Source: Chlamydiota bacterium
GTDB lineage: Bacteria; Chlamydiota; Chlamydiia; Chlamydiales; SM23-39
Assembly: GCA_013285585.1 (NCBI GenBank)
Contig: JABDHH010000003.1
Coordinates: forward strand, 8,786 to 72,785
Reading direction: 5' to 3'
DNA length: 64,000 nucleotides
Position 1 is the first letter of the stretch; every line of letters begins with the position of its first letter. This document shows positions 38,487 through 47,642 of the stretch, piece by piece. Under the pieces are notes generated by a model. The model saw only the letters and a program-made list of their open reading frames with translations. It did not search any database and had not been told where the DNA came from. The position numbers and the translations under genes were made by a program.

Positions 38487-40295
38487 CTAGAGAACTTTGA
38501 GTTCGGGGTGGTAGGACACCCGGGGGTAGGTCGCCGGCTGGGTGGGCAATGGCGATATCGGCGGGGCAGGGGGCGCAGAGGGCTCCACGTTCAGATTTTC
38601 AATAACCAGCGATTTTTCACTCAATGACGAAGGTCCATGTGGATCGAGGTTTTCCATCGTGAGATTCGCGGTGTGAGCGATCGTTGGCTCTGCAACATTT
38701 TTTGACACGTCGATGATCCTGTCTTCCGATAGTATCTGATCTCGTTTGACAGGCTGCTCAACATCAACTTTCTCAACTTCGGTCAGGGAAGAGGGCTCTT
38801 CATGATTCCTTTCTACAGGGGCGGTTGGTCTGGGCTGAGCGGCCGAATAGCTTGGAATGAATTGAGAGAATACGGGCTGGATGGGAAGTGCGCTGCTGAA
38901 TCTGACAGGCTCTGGCGCTGTACTGGATGTCTGGCGATCTAAGTGCAAGGAGGCGGCAATTGGCGTTTCTTTCGGCAACGGAAGGAACTCGATGGATTGC
39001 GCCGGAGGAGCTGAAGGCTCCAAGGGTCTTTGAGTTTCGGCTGGCTGAATCGCCAAATGAAGAGATGCCGGGGCGTTATGCTTTTCAACAGTAGCGTGAA
39101 AGGGAATCTGCTGCTTGCCGCTGTCCATCGCGGATCTCAGATCTAGCTTTTCAACAGTGACGATGTTTTGAATCGGCCGATCGGAAATTTGTGCCTCAGC
39201 GGGGAGAGCATGAGAGTGTTCGGCTTGGGAGATGGTGAGTGGGCTGCTTTTCTGTCCTATTTCGAATTTTGAAATTTCCGCCGGTGGAATTTTTGGCAAA
39301 GGTTCGGATTGCAGAAGAACGGATTCTTTCTTGGCAACAGCAGCTGCAAGAATGAATGCGCGGCTCTCTACTTGCGGTTTTTCGCCTGATGGGCTCTCTC
39401 TGTCAGTGAGGATGGGGTCCACTGGACTTAAATATCTTGAAGGTTGTTCTCTGTCGGTGAAGATGGGAGCAGCTTGGCTGAATGAAGCAATGACGGCCCC
39501 GTTTTCAACCGGCTCCATTTGGGTTGGAGGAACAGGTGCGTTCCCGAGGTTTTGCACCTGGAGTTGTGCAGCAATCATCGATTCCTTTCCGCTGGTCTCG
39601 GAAGAGGAGAGGAAAAGCGGGGCTGTGCCTGGTTCTTTGATTTGGGGGATTGCAGGGGAACTGGGTTGATGGAATGAGGCGTCCACTTGTAGTACGGCGC
39701 GGTCCGAATCCGGTTTTCGGAAAGAGGAATCGCCCGGAAGAGACATAGGGATATTGGTAGGATTCATCGACAAAATGGGTTTGAGCATCAGGGATGCGTG
39801 GCGCTCAAATCCCGGATTGTCTTTTATATCAATAAAACTCGGATTGGCTTTTGCAAGATTTTCTTTCAGTCCTGGAGATCCAGGCGCGACCTGGCGATCG
39901 GGGGAGGGTTTCGAAAACGGGATCCCTCCCTGGGAGGTTGAGGCGAGGCTGCCAGGTTGGTAAAGAGCGGGAAGGCTGCCAGGTTGGTAAAGGGGAAGGA
40001 TTGCTTGTATGGAAGGCGTTCTGTACAAGGTGTTTGCAGAAAAGGATTCCCAACCTTGAGAATCGATTCCCGCGATCTCTTTAGATTCTTCAAGAGGTTC
40101 TGAAGTCGATCTGCTTTTCTTTTTAGAGGGCAATTGAGGCTTGGCGAGATTGTTTTCAATTATCCTGGCCTTTTGAATAGGGGAGGGGGTAGCGCGGGAA
40201 AAAGTGCGCTGCAAAATGGGCAGGCTCACCTTATTCACCTTCTTCGGGCCTAAGCCAAGAGTCGAATTAGAAATATATTTACTGTTAGAAGCCAT
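38487..40295 (-). CDS. Pro/Ser-rich low-complexity hypothetical protein (candidate T3SS substrate)
   Basis: 602-aa ORF with no recognisable domain; 27-bp tandem duplication (LYQPGSL) at about 39946-39992. Confidence 0.65.
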   Translation of the reverse strand: MASNSKYISNSTLGLGPKKVNKVSLPILQRTFSRATPSPIQKARIIENNLAKPQLPSKKKSRSTSEPLEESKEIAGIDSQGWESFSANTLYRTPSIQAILPLYQPGSLPALYQPGSLASTSQGGIPFSKPSPDRQVAPGSPGLKENLAKANPSFIDIKDNPGFERHASLMLKPILSMNPTNIPMSLPGDSSFRKPDSDRAVLQVDASFHQPSSPAIPQIKEPGTAPLFLSSSETSGKESMIAAQLQVQNLGNAPVPPTQMEPVENGAVIASFSQAAPIFTDREQPSRYLSPVDPILTDRESPSGEKPQVESRAFILAAAVAKKESVLLQSEPLPKIPPAEISKFEIGQKSSPLTISQAEHSHALPAEAQISDRPIQNIVTVEKLDLRSAMDSGKQQIPFHATVEKHNAPASLHLAIQPAETQRPLEPSAPPAQSIEFLPLPKETPIAASLHLDRQTSSTAPEPVRFSSALPIQPVFSQFIPSYSAAQPRPTAPVERNHEEPSSLTEVEKVDVEQPVKRDQILSEDRIIDVSKNVAEPTIAHTANLTMENLDPHGPSSLSEKSLVIENLNVEPSAPPAPPISPLPTQPATYPRVSYHPELKVL

Positions 40296-40465
40296 TTCGG
40301 AACAACCATATTTTATTATAATTATATTAAATATTGTATTTTTTGTAAAATTAAATTTATATTCTTATCCCATTTTTGATCTGGAATTAGGATGATCTTA
40401 AGTGTCTCAATTTGAGCAAATTAGATGGGTGTGCTGACTTCGGCTCCTAACTTTTGAAGTGGAAC

Positions 40466-41884
40466 CTATCCCTGAAATAGTTTTAAAAGCCACTTGAGAC
40501 AATCGCCGAAGCGGCTGAAAAGATCATGGAGAGCGCCGGCAAGACCCGCTTTTTCTTCGACTCGTGAATGGCCAAAGTCCAGTTTTATGGAGTTTTGGTT
40601 CAAACCGGAACAAAAATCTGTTTTCCAATAGAGTTCAAGATTGTCCATAGCAGATTGATCGCCGTTCCTGGCAGACAATTCCTTTGGATTGCAAAACACG
40701 CTGTCAAAAGTGTCTCTTATGGAGTCTTTGTTCAGGTGGGAACAACCAGCCGCACGCCATTGCTGTTCAAGTGCTGTCATAGCAGATGGACCGCCGTTCT
40801 TGGCAGACAATTCCTGTTGGTTGCAATACTCGATATGCGCGATTTTAAAAGCATCTCTTAATGCTTTTTGGTCCGAATGAGAACAAGCACCGCGATTCCA
40901 CAAGGACTCAAGCTTGTTCATCAAAGTTTTATCGCCGTTCTTGGCAGACAATTCCTGTTGGTTGCAATGCTTGATATGCGCGATTTTAAAAGCATCTCTT
41001 ATTGCTTTTTGGTCCGAATGAGAACAAGCACCGCGATTCCAGTCTTTTTCAAGAGATTGCATACTCTCGTACCAGCCCTCCCTTGCGGAGCTTAATGTGT
41101 GTGGGTTGCAGTTATCATCATTTGTGATAAGAGGTGATGAAGGAGAAGGTGTTAATGGTGATGGAGGTTGTGGAAGTGATGGCGTTTGAGTTTGGACTGT
41201 TGGCGAGCTAGGCGTTGGTGATGGCGCGCTTTGTGGCGTTAGTGTTGGGTCTTGGAGCAGGCCAAAGTCTGAGATGAACGGATTGTGATTAGGATTACAT
41301 ACAGGTTGTGGAGATGGAGGGATGGGTGGATGTGATGGCATTGGGGTTTGGACTGTTGGCGAGCTAGGCACTGTCGATGAGCTTGGTGTCGGTGGGTTTG
41401 TTGGCGGATTGGTCGGTGGGTTTGTTGGCGGTGACGGTGGTGTCAGTGATGACAAAATACCTGTTTTGATGATGAAGGCAGAGAAAGCTATTACACTTAT
41501 AGCAAGAACTGTGTAAGCCACCGGTTTTACCCAGGCAGGTGCGATATTCGTTTTTGCAGAAAGGGCTTTCACTCTGGCATTCAAACCGTTTACATCGCTC
41601 TTTTGTTGCTCATATTCCTCGCGAACCTCGCGGGTGATTTTTGTGCCGGCATGGATCGCTTTTCCATCCTTGTTCAATTGTTTCGCAAGGGTAGCAAGCT
41701 TCTCTATAGGTCCCTTCAAGTCAACTTTTTTGCCTTTCTCTGCGCGAGCACATTCAGCTTGGATTTCTTGAATGATCTTCGCTCTTTCCGTGAAATTTTG
41801 AACCGTTAAATTAAAATTTATTGCCGACATAAGAATGCTTGTTGATTGTCTGTATATTATACTAAAATCAGAAATTATGTACAA
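40466..41884 (-). CDS. membrane-anchored hypothetical protein with Pro-rich stalk and Cys-containing repeats
   Basis: Helical N-terminus, TM (VAYTVLAISVIAFSAFII), PPTN repeats, 44-47-aa repeats; real start may be MSAINF. Confidence 0.75.
   Translation of the reverse strand: MYIISDFSIIYRQSTSILMSAINFNLTVQNFTERAKIIQEIQAECARAEKGKKVDLKGPIEKLATLAKQLNKDGKAIHAGTKITREVREEYEQQKSDVNGLNARVKALSAKTNIAPAWVKPVAYTVLAISVIAFSAFIIKTGILSSLTPPSPPTNPPTNPPTNPPTPSSSTVPSSPTVQTPMPSHPPIPPSPQPVCNPNHNPFISDFGLLQDPTLTPQSAPSPTPSSPTVQTQTPSLPQPPSPLTPSPSSPLITNDDNCNPHTLSSAREGWYESMQSLEKDWNRGACSHSDQKAIRDAFKIAHIKHCNQQELSAKNGDKTLMNKLESLWNRGACSHSDQKALRDAFKIAHIEYCNQQELSAKNGGPSAMTALEQQWRAAGCSHLNKDSIRDTFDSVFCNPKELSARNGDQSAMDNLELYWKTDFCSGLNQNSIKLDFGHSRVEEKAGLAGALHDLFSRFGDCLKWLLKLFQG
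40610..41042 (-). repeat. intragenic 141/132-bp repeats (C.QQELSAKNG...W..GACSH)
   Basis: gccgttc(t/c)tggcagacaattcct at 40661, 40793 and 40934. Confidence 0.9.
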
Positions 41885-41988
41885 GGCACATGATCAATGT
41901 CAGGAACTCTTGCTGAAAAATATTAGTATCTTTATGAAAACGTTAATTATTCATATCCACTTCGATGAAGAATAAATAATTCAATTAC

Positions 41989-42169
41989 GAGGCAATTGCA
42001 AAACTCGCGGGACCAACAAAATCGCCCTTTTAAGCCATTTTGCCTCCTTGTGGCCGAAGCCCTACTTTGCTCAAAGTTGTGCTCGGCCACAAGGTAAAGG
42101 GCCTACGGTCCAGGCAAACTGGCTGAAAATCATCGATTTTTCTGGCGCCGGGAGTTTTGCAATTGCCTC
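41989..42169 (-). mobile_element. MITE family D, copy 2 (181 bp, TSD TTAC)
   Basis: Near-identical reverse complement of 38256-38435; TTAC at 41985-88 and 42170-73. Confidence 0.9.
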
Positions 42170-42197
42170 TTACTTCAAGAATTTTTGTTAAGGACCA

Positions 42198-42264
42198 CTA
42201 ACGCTGATTCAAATTCAGGGCGCCTCCTAGCAAAATCTGAGAGCTTTCAAGTGGAAGGAGTATA
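42198..42264. mobile_element. MITE family B, right-half remnant
   Basis: cgctgattcaaattcagggcgcctcct...gagctttcaagtggaaggagtata matches the right end of copy 1. Confidence 0.8.
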
Positions 42265-42276
42265 TACCCATTTCCC

Positions 42277-43236
42277 TCACTTTAAAAGCCATCTGGGACA
42301 GTTGCCGAAGCGGCCGAAAAGATAATGGAGAGCGCCGACAAGACCCGCTTTGTATCGGAGCGCTTTCTGAGAGCTGGCGAGATCTCGGGTGAAGAAACTC
42401 TGGGTGGATTTCAGAGCGAAATGGCGGAGATGTTTCCAAAGTTCGGGGAAAATGATTTTCGAATAGAGGTGTTTTCTCTCATGGAATGGACAATTCCGTT
42501 CAATCCAAAGGAGCCGGCTTCTCCACCAAAAATAGTGCATGTGGGGTTTCCCGCCGATAAATGAAGAGGAGACTTTATGCCAGATCTTCGCCTTGGGCGC
42601 GGTCCAGACTTCGAATCCGGAGCGGCTGGCGCGCATGCAGAAATCGGTCTCTTCCCAGAAAAGGAAAAACCGGGGTTCGAGAAGGCCGATGGTTTCTGGC
42701 ACAGAGCGATGCATCAGGAGGGCAGCGCCGCATACATAATCGACTTTTCCCATTGCTTCGAATGAAACGCCGTCGTCGACCCGATTTTGAGCGGGCGATT
42801 CGAATTCGCCGATTTTCGAATTCCAAAATCCGCCGAGGTGGTCGATCGTGGCCTTCTCCGAATATCGGTAGATTTTGGCTCCTAAGATCTTGGCTTTCGG
42901 CTGCTGCTTTGCAGCCTGCATGAACGCGGTCAAAAAATCGGGAGCGACGACGGTGTCGTTATTGAGGAGGAGGATCCATTCGGCTCCTTTTGAAAGAGCC
43001 CATTCGATGCCGGGGTTGTTTCCTCCAGCAAAACCGAGGTTCGCACCGGTTGCCAAGATCGGCACGTTGGGAAATGCGGCTCGGATCTCTTCTATGGAAC
43101 CGTCGGTCGATCCATTGTCGACGACGAGAGGCTGGAACCCGGAAAAGGCGACTTGGGCAAGCGATGACAAACACTCGATGGTGTCTTTTTTTCCATTCCA
43201 ATTCAGAAGGATAATGTAGATTTTAGTTGACCGCAT
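42277..43236 (-). CDS. glycosyltransferase family 2
   Basis: LNWNG, VVDNGSTDGS, NLGFAGGNN, LLNND and EETDFC motifs. Confidence 0.92.
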   Translation of the reverse strand: MRSTKIYIILLNWNGKKDTIECLSSLAQVAFSGFQPLVVDNGSTDGSIEEIRAAFPNVPILATGANLGFAGGNNPGIEWALSKGAEWILLLNNDTVVAPDFLTAFMQAAKQQPKAKILGAKIYRYSEKATIDHLGGFWNSKIGEFESPAQNRVDDGVSFEAMGKVDYVCGAALLMHRSVPETIGLLEPRFFLFWEETDFCMRASRSGFEVWTAPKAKIWHKVSSSFIGGKPHMHYFWWRSRLLWIERNCPFHERKHLYSKIIFPELWKHLRHFALKSTQSFFTRDLASSQKALRYKAGLVGALHYLFGRFGNCPRWLLK

Positions 43237-44002
43237 TCCAGGCCCTTTGCCGATAGAGTTCTGCTGTGGCAATCGGATCAGCCGCTTGCAGGATATCCCG
43301 GCCTACGATGACGATGTCGCTGCCCTCTTTGAGAAGGACCTCTTCGATCGTCCGATACCTTTGCCCAAGGGCGTCATTCCCTTTTTTTAGTTTTACGCCG
43401 GGAGTGAAGTGGATCATCCCAGGTTGATCGCTCAGGCGTCTTTGCGAGATGAAGCCGCAGACGAAATCGGAATGGGCTTCTCCCAATCGACGCGCTTTTT
43501 CGGCATACGCTCCTTTTGCGAGAGTGCCTTTTGAGCTCATTTCGGCTAGAAGGAGAAGACCGCTTTTTTTCGGACCTCCAACCTGACGCAAGCCTTCTAT
43601 GATGCCGGGACCGGGAATGATATGGGCGTTGATCAGATCGGCCCATTCGGCAATCCGGTAGATTCCTTTGGCATATTGAAGCGAAACTGTCTGGCCGATA
43701 TCGGCGAATTTTCGGTCTTCGAAAAGAAGGAAATTGTGTTTGTCCGCGAGACTTTTAAGCGCGTCAGGTGTACGAGGAGTAAAGTCTTCTAGGATGTCGA
43801 TATGTGTTTTTAAAACGCAAATAAAGGGTCCGATCAAATCGGCCCAGTGGAGCAGTTCTTTTTCGGTCGAAACGTCGCAGGCAAGGCTTAGGTTCGTCCG
43901 CTTTTCCTCCATAAGCGAAAGGAGTCGTTTCGCCATCGGGTGAGCGGCAAGGAGAGCCCTATGTCTTAAGTGATTCGCGGATCGCAGAAGCTGCGGCTGC
44001 AT
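43223..44002 (-). CDS. pyrF: orotidine-5'-phosphate decarboxylase (UMP synthase-like type)
   Basis: LKTHIDI, FEDRKFADIG.TV..QY, LLAEMSSKG and IVGR motifs. Confidence 0.93.
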   Translation of the reverse strand: MQPQLLRSANHLRHRALLAAHPMAKRLLSLMEEKRTNLSLACDVSTEKELLHWADLIGPFICVLKTHIDILEDFTPRTPDALKSLADKHNFLLFEDRKFADIGQTVSLQYAKGIYRIAEWADLINAHIIPGPGIIEGLRQVGGPKKSGLLLLAEMSSKGTLAKGAYAEKARRLGEAHSDFVCGFISQRRLSDQPGMIHFTPGVKLKKGNDALGQRYRTIEEVLLKEGSDIVIVGRDILQAADPIATAELYRQRAWNAVN

Positions 44003-44612
44003 CGATTTTTCCTGTTTTTGAAAGAGAGGTTTCGATTTGTCGGATCGTAAGAATAGAGTGAAGCCGGTAGCCTTGCCTCTCCAGAAGCTGGCGCCCGCCT
44101 TGCTCGCGGTCGACGAGGACCACAATATCTTGGACGATCAGCCTTTCGCTTTCAAGCGCCGCTATGGTTTCTAAGATGCTTTGGCCTGAAGTGATGACGT
44201 CTTCGATGACGAGGCACTTTTGCCCTTCACGAAAAATCCCTTCGCACATCTTTCCTGTCCCATGCTGCTTTTTTTCCTTTCGTTTCAATACCATCGGGAT
44301 CCCTTGCCGGATCGAGAAAGCGGTGGCGAAAGGAATTCCGGTATAAGGGACGCCGCATACGAGGTCGAAGGAGGAGACTTGATTCACCTGAGTGTTGGTT
44401 TCGCCTCTCTTAGCATCAAAAGGGAATTTCGATGAAATTGCGCCGATTTGGATAGCGTCCTGGATCGCATCGGCGATTTTGACGAGTAGTTTGGGAGAGG
44501 AAACGGTAAGCCGCAAATCGAGATAAAAAGGAGAGACGCTCCCGCTTTTCAAAGTGAAGACGCCGAATTTGAAAACGCCTAAATCATAGAGTTCCTCAAT
44601 GAACGTTTGCAT
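43959..44612 (-). CDS. pyrE: orotate phosphoribosyltransferase
   Basis: FTLKSG..SPFYLDLR, CGVPY, RKE.K.HGT and IEDVITSG motifs. Confidence 0.94.
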   Translation of the reverse strand: MQTFIEELYDLGVFKFGVFTLKSGSVSPFYLDLRLTVSSPKLLVKIADAIQDAIQIGAISSKFPFDAKRGETNTQVNQVSSFDLVCGVPYTGIPFATAFSIRQGIPMVLKRKEKKQHGTGKMCEGIFREGQKCLVIEDVITSGQSILETIAALESERLIVQDIVVLVDREQGGRQLLERQGYRLHSILTIRQIETSLSKTGKIDAAAASAIRESLKT

Positions 44613-45639
44613 GCATTTCTCGGTATTTCGTGGCTAGAAAGGGATCCCACATCATGCCTGTCGCGCTCATTGCGATGGAGGCTCCCGCATCCAGCATCAA
44701 TGCAAGATGCTGGGGAAGCAGCAGGCCTCCGCATCCAAGCAGAACGAGATCCAATTTTTCAGATTGTTTGATGGCCGCAGCATCTTTCATGAACCGGAGC
44801 GCGTCTTCCCGGATCGCGCCGCCGCAGACGCCGCTTGTCATTCTCGAAGATCCAAGAGCAGGATCTCCCTTTTCATCCATGACTTTCATGCTGACGGAAT
44901 TCAGGCCGCAGATTCCGGCGCAGCCGGCTTTCGCGGCGGCTATCATCACGCTTCGCATCTGTTCTCGATTTGCAAAAGATCCTACTTTGATCAATAAGGG
45001 AACCGGCCGGATGGCGGATGCGATTTTTTGGACATATTCGGCTACGGTTTCGCTGTTCATATAGAGGCAGCCTTCCGCCTTGTCGACATTCGGACAGGAG
45101 AAATTTGCCTCGATGACTTTCGCGCCTGCATCCCTGGCCAATTGAGCAGTGAGGACGAAATCGTCGAGGAAGCTGATTCCCCTGTTCGCCGTTCCTACAA
45201 CTGAGACGATCATTAACTGCCCGGATTTTAACGAGGCATTGGCTTTTTGGATGTCTTGCATGAGAAACTCAGGAGACATCGAAGGCATCCCGAAAGAGTT
45301 GGTGATCGAAAGCTCCGCCAGATGAGCCGAATGCTCGATGGCTCTTGCCTCGTTTTTGGAAAGCCGCTCCACGAAGATGATATTGGGAAGGGGATGGCCG
45401 GGATGGGAGAAACTCCGGATGGTTTTATAGGTAGGGAGATCGAACCCTAGATCCGCAGCGAGAGCGATCCATTTCGAATTTAGCAGCGGGCCGGCTGGCA
45501 CTCCTATAGGCGAGTTGAGTGTGAATCCAAGGAAGTCTACAGGCATGGCTGCGGATGCCGCTTTCGGAATATTTGCCGAAAAAAAGGGACCTTCCGCCGC
45601 ATTCTCTACGTAAGTCTTGAAAATATCGTAGATGGCCAT
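44596..45639 (-). CDS. pyrD: dihydroorotate dehydrogenase-like flavoprotein
   Basis: GVPAGP, YKT, NSFGMPS, EANFSCPN and G.GG motifs; located between pyrC and pyrE. Confidence 0.82.
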   Translation of the reverse strand: MAIYDIFKTYVENAAEGPFFSANIPKAASAAMPVDFLGFTLNSPIGVPAGPLLNSKWIALAADLGFDLPTYKTIRSFSHPGHPLPNIIFVERLSKNEARAIEHSAHLAELSITNSFGMPSMSPEFLMQDIQKANASLKSGQLMIVSVVGTANRGISFLDDFVLTAQLARDAGAKVIEANFSCPNVDKAEGCLYMNSETVAEYVQKIASAIRPVPLLIKVGSFANREQMRSVMIAAAKAGCAGICGLNSVSMKVMDEKGDPALGSSRMTSGVCGGAIREDALRFMKDAAAIKQSEKLDLVLLGCGGLLLPQHLALMLDAGASIAMSATGMMWDPFLATKYREMHANVH

Positions 45640-45650
45640 AGTTTCTTCTC

Positions 45651-46874
45651 TTAAAATGTCTCGAGGTCGAAGAGCATTCCGCCCAAGATTGTATAACGGG
45701 GCCAGCCTTGGATGGTCCAGCCGGCATAAGGAGACCATTTCGCTTTTGTTTTGAGTTGGGAATCTTCGACTCTTTTTTTCTTGAACATGTCGACGAGTAC
45801 GATGTCCTCATTGATTGGAAGGTCGAAAATTTCTTGAGGGCGGGTATGGGTCAAGGAGACGATCTGCTCGAGGGAGAGCTTTTTTTCATGGTAGGCATTC
45901 AAAAGCAGGGGGAAATAGAGTTCGATCGAAGGAAAGCCCGAAGGGGCGGAGCCGTAAGGACGGTTTTTTTCTTCGAGAGTATGAGGGGCATGGTCAGTTC
46001 CGATCGTGTCGATCGTTTCATCGTGCACGGCTTCCCATAGCGCCTCGCAATCTTTCGAAGTTCTAAGCGGCGGGTTGACGAGGGCTTTTGTTCCCAATTT
46101 AGCGTAAGAGGAGTCTGAAAGAAACAAATGATGAGGAGCCGCTTCGGCATAGACCGGAAGCTCTTCTTTTTTCGCTTCGCGAATCAGGTCGATCTCTTCG
46201 CGGCTGCTCACATGGACGATGTAAAGCCTTACCTTATGCTTTTTCGCAAGTTCGATGGCAAGCGCCACCGAGCGGGCAGCTACAGAGGGATTTCGAATTG
46301 CGGAATGGACAGAAGGATCGGAGTTTTCTCCATGTTGTTTCCGGTTGATCTGGATCAAACGTTCATCTTCGGCGTGGACGGCGACTAAAATGTCATGATG
46401 GCCTGCGATCTGGAATGCCTCTTCCAAGGCTTGCCTGTCGGACATCAAGAGGCTGCCAGTCGATGAGCCCATGTAGATTTTCAGTCCTGCAATCTGATCT
46501 TTTACTTTGGGCAATTCATTGAGATGCTCTGCATCGGCTCCAAAAAATAGCCGATAGCGCAAGGGGATGCGGGCCCGGGCGATCTGCGTTTTGATCAGTT
46601 GGTTTTTTTCCCCCAGCCGATCGGCGCTTGTGCATGGAGGATCGTTGTTCGGCATGTCGAAAACGGTGGTGACTCCGCCTGCGATCGCCGCGCGCGCACC
46701 CGTTTCCCAGTCTTCCTTATGCTCCGCGCCAGGAATACGGAAATGGACATGTGGATCGATCAGAGCGGGAAACAGCATCAGATCTTGCGCATCGATCGAA
46801 ACTTGGGAATCGCTTTCTACAAAATGATCGATCCGGTGGCCATCGGTCGTTTGGATTTTTCTGATTTCGATCAT
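45651..46874 (-). CDS. pyrC: dihydroorotase
   Basis: IDPHVHFRIPG, AGGVTTVFDMPN, VNPPLR and TDHAPH motifs. Confidence 0.95.
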   Translation of the reverse strand: MIEIRKIQTTDGHRIDHFVESDSQVSIDAQDLMLFPALIDPHVHFRIPGAEHKEDWETGARAAIAGGVTTVFDMPNNDPPCTSADRLGEKNQLIKTQIARARIPLRYRLFFGADAEHLNELPKVKDQIAGLKIYMGSSTGSLLMSDRQALEEAFQIAGHHDILVAVHAEDERLIQINRKQHGENSDPSVHSAIRNPSVAARSVALAIELAKKHKVRLYIVHVSSREEIDLIREAKKEELPVYAEAAPHHLFLSDSSYAKLGTKALVNPPLRTSKDCEALWEAVHDETIDTIGTDHAPHTLEEKNRPYGSAPSGFPSIELYFPLLLNAYHEKKLSLEQIVSLTHTRPQEIFDLPINEDIVLVDMFKKKRVEDSQLKTKAKWSPYAGWTIQGWPRYTILGGMLFDLETF

Positions 46875-46885
46875 GGCTTTAGTTA

Positions 46886-46902
46886 TACCAAATATCAGAA
46901 AT
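46886..46902. mobile_element. orphan family-A TIR at the island boundary
   Basis: tta followed by taccaaatatcagaaat (17 bp identical to the MITE-A end), then unrelated sequence. Confidence 0.65.
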
Positions 46903-47333
46903 TAGGGAAGTGGTGTAAGCGCATTTTTTTGCAAAGCCTGCTGGAAAGTAAAATCATCATTGGGTTTTTGTTTTGCATGTTTGGGGAAACTCAAACGTAG
47001 CCAAAAGGCAAACAACGGATCGTCGAAGAGAACATTCCCTTTGCTGGTTCCTTCTTCGTCCAAAATTCCTTTGGTTTTCAAGGTTTTGATCGAAGAATGT
47101 AGTGCTGGCGCACTTTTAATCTCATAGTTTTCTAACAAGTCTTTTTGAAATAATGGTCGTTGTTCATGTGAAGCTAGACGTAATGCACGTTGCTGGGCAA
47201 GTGTTAGTGTATTTAGTATTGTTTGATAAGCATAAGCATTTTGTCGCGCAACTGTTTCAAGCACTTCTAGCATATCTATGGAAGTCACGCGATCCTTTGC
47301 TTGAGAAACCAAATGAAAGCAAGCCATCTGCAC
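46902..47333 (-). pseudogene. C-terminal winged-helix fragment of an AAA/archaeal-type ATPase
   Basis: LT..QQ.AL, SI.TL..KGIL and DPLFAFWL pattern; P-loop absent. Confidence 0.55.
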
Positions 47334-47642
47334 ATAATTTTTTCATGTCTGAGCTTTTAACAGATTACTTAAAAATTAGCAAGTGGCAAAAGTGTAGAAA
47401 AATTTTAATGTCAAATTTTAAGATACTGATACACAGTGTAGATAGCATTTCTTCACTATGGTTCAACCATGACAGACGAATTTTTCTATCCGTCTTTTGC
47501 GCCCAGCGCATTGCTTGCTTAGGGCCTCCTGCGTGACCACTACGTTCATTTTAAATAATTTATGTTGTAAAAATAGTAGTCCTAGCTTGGATGCTGGATG
47601 AGAAGTGAAGCGGATTTAGCAATTCTTTATGCTGCTTGCTCA

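Noticed and set aside
38256-42169. Composite transposon that delivered the two effector-like genes
   Set aside because: Each family-D copy has its own TSD (TAAA vs TTAC) and the outer flanks do not match
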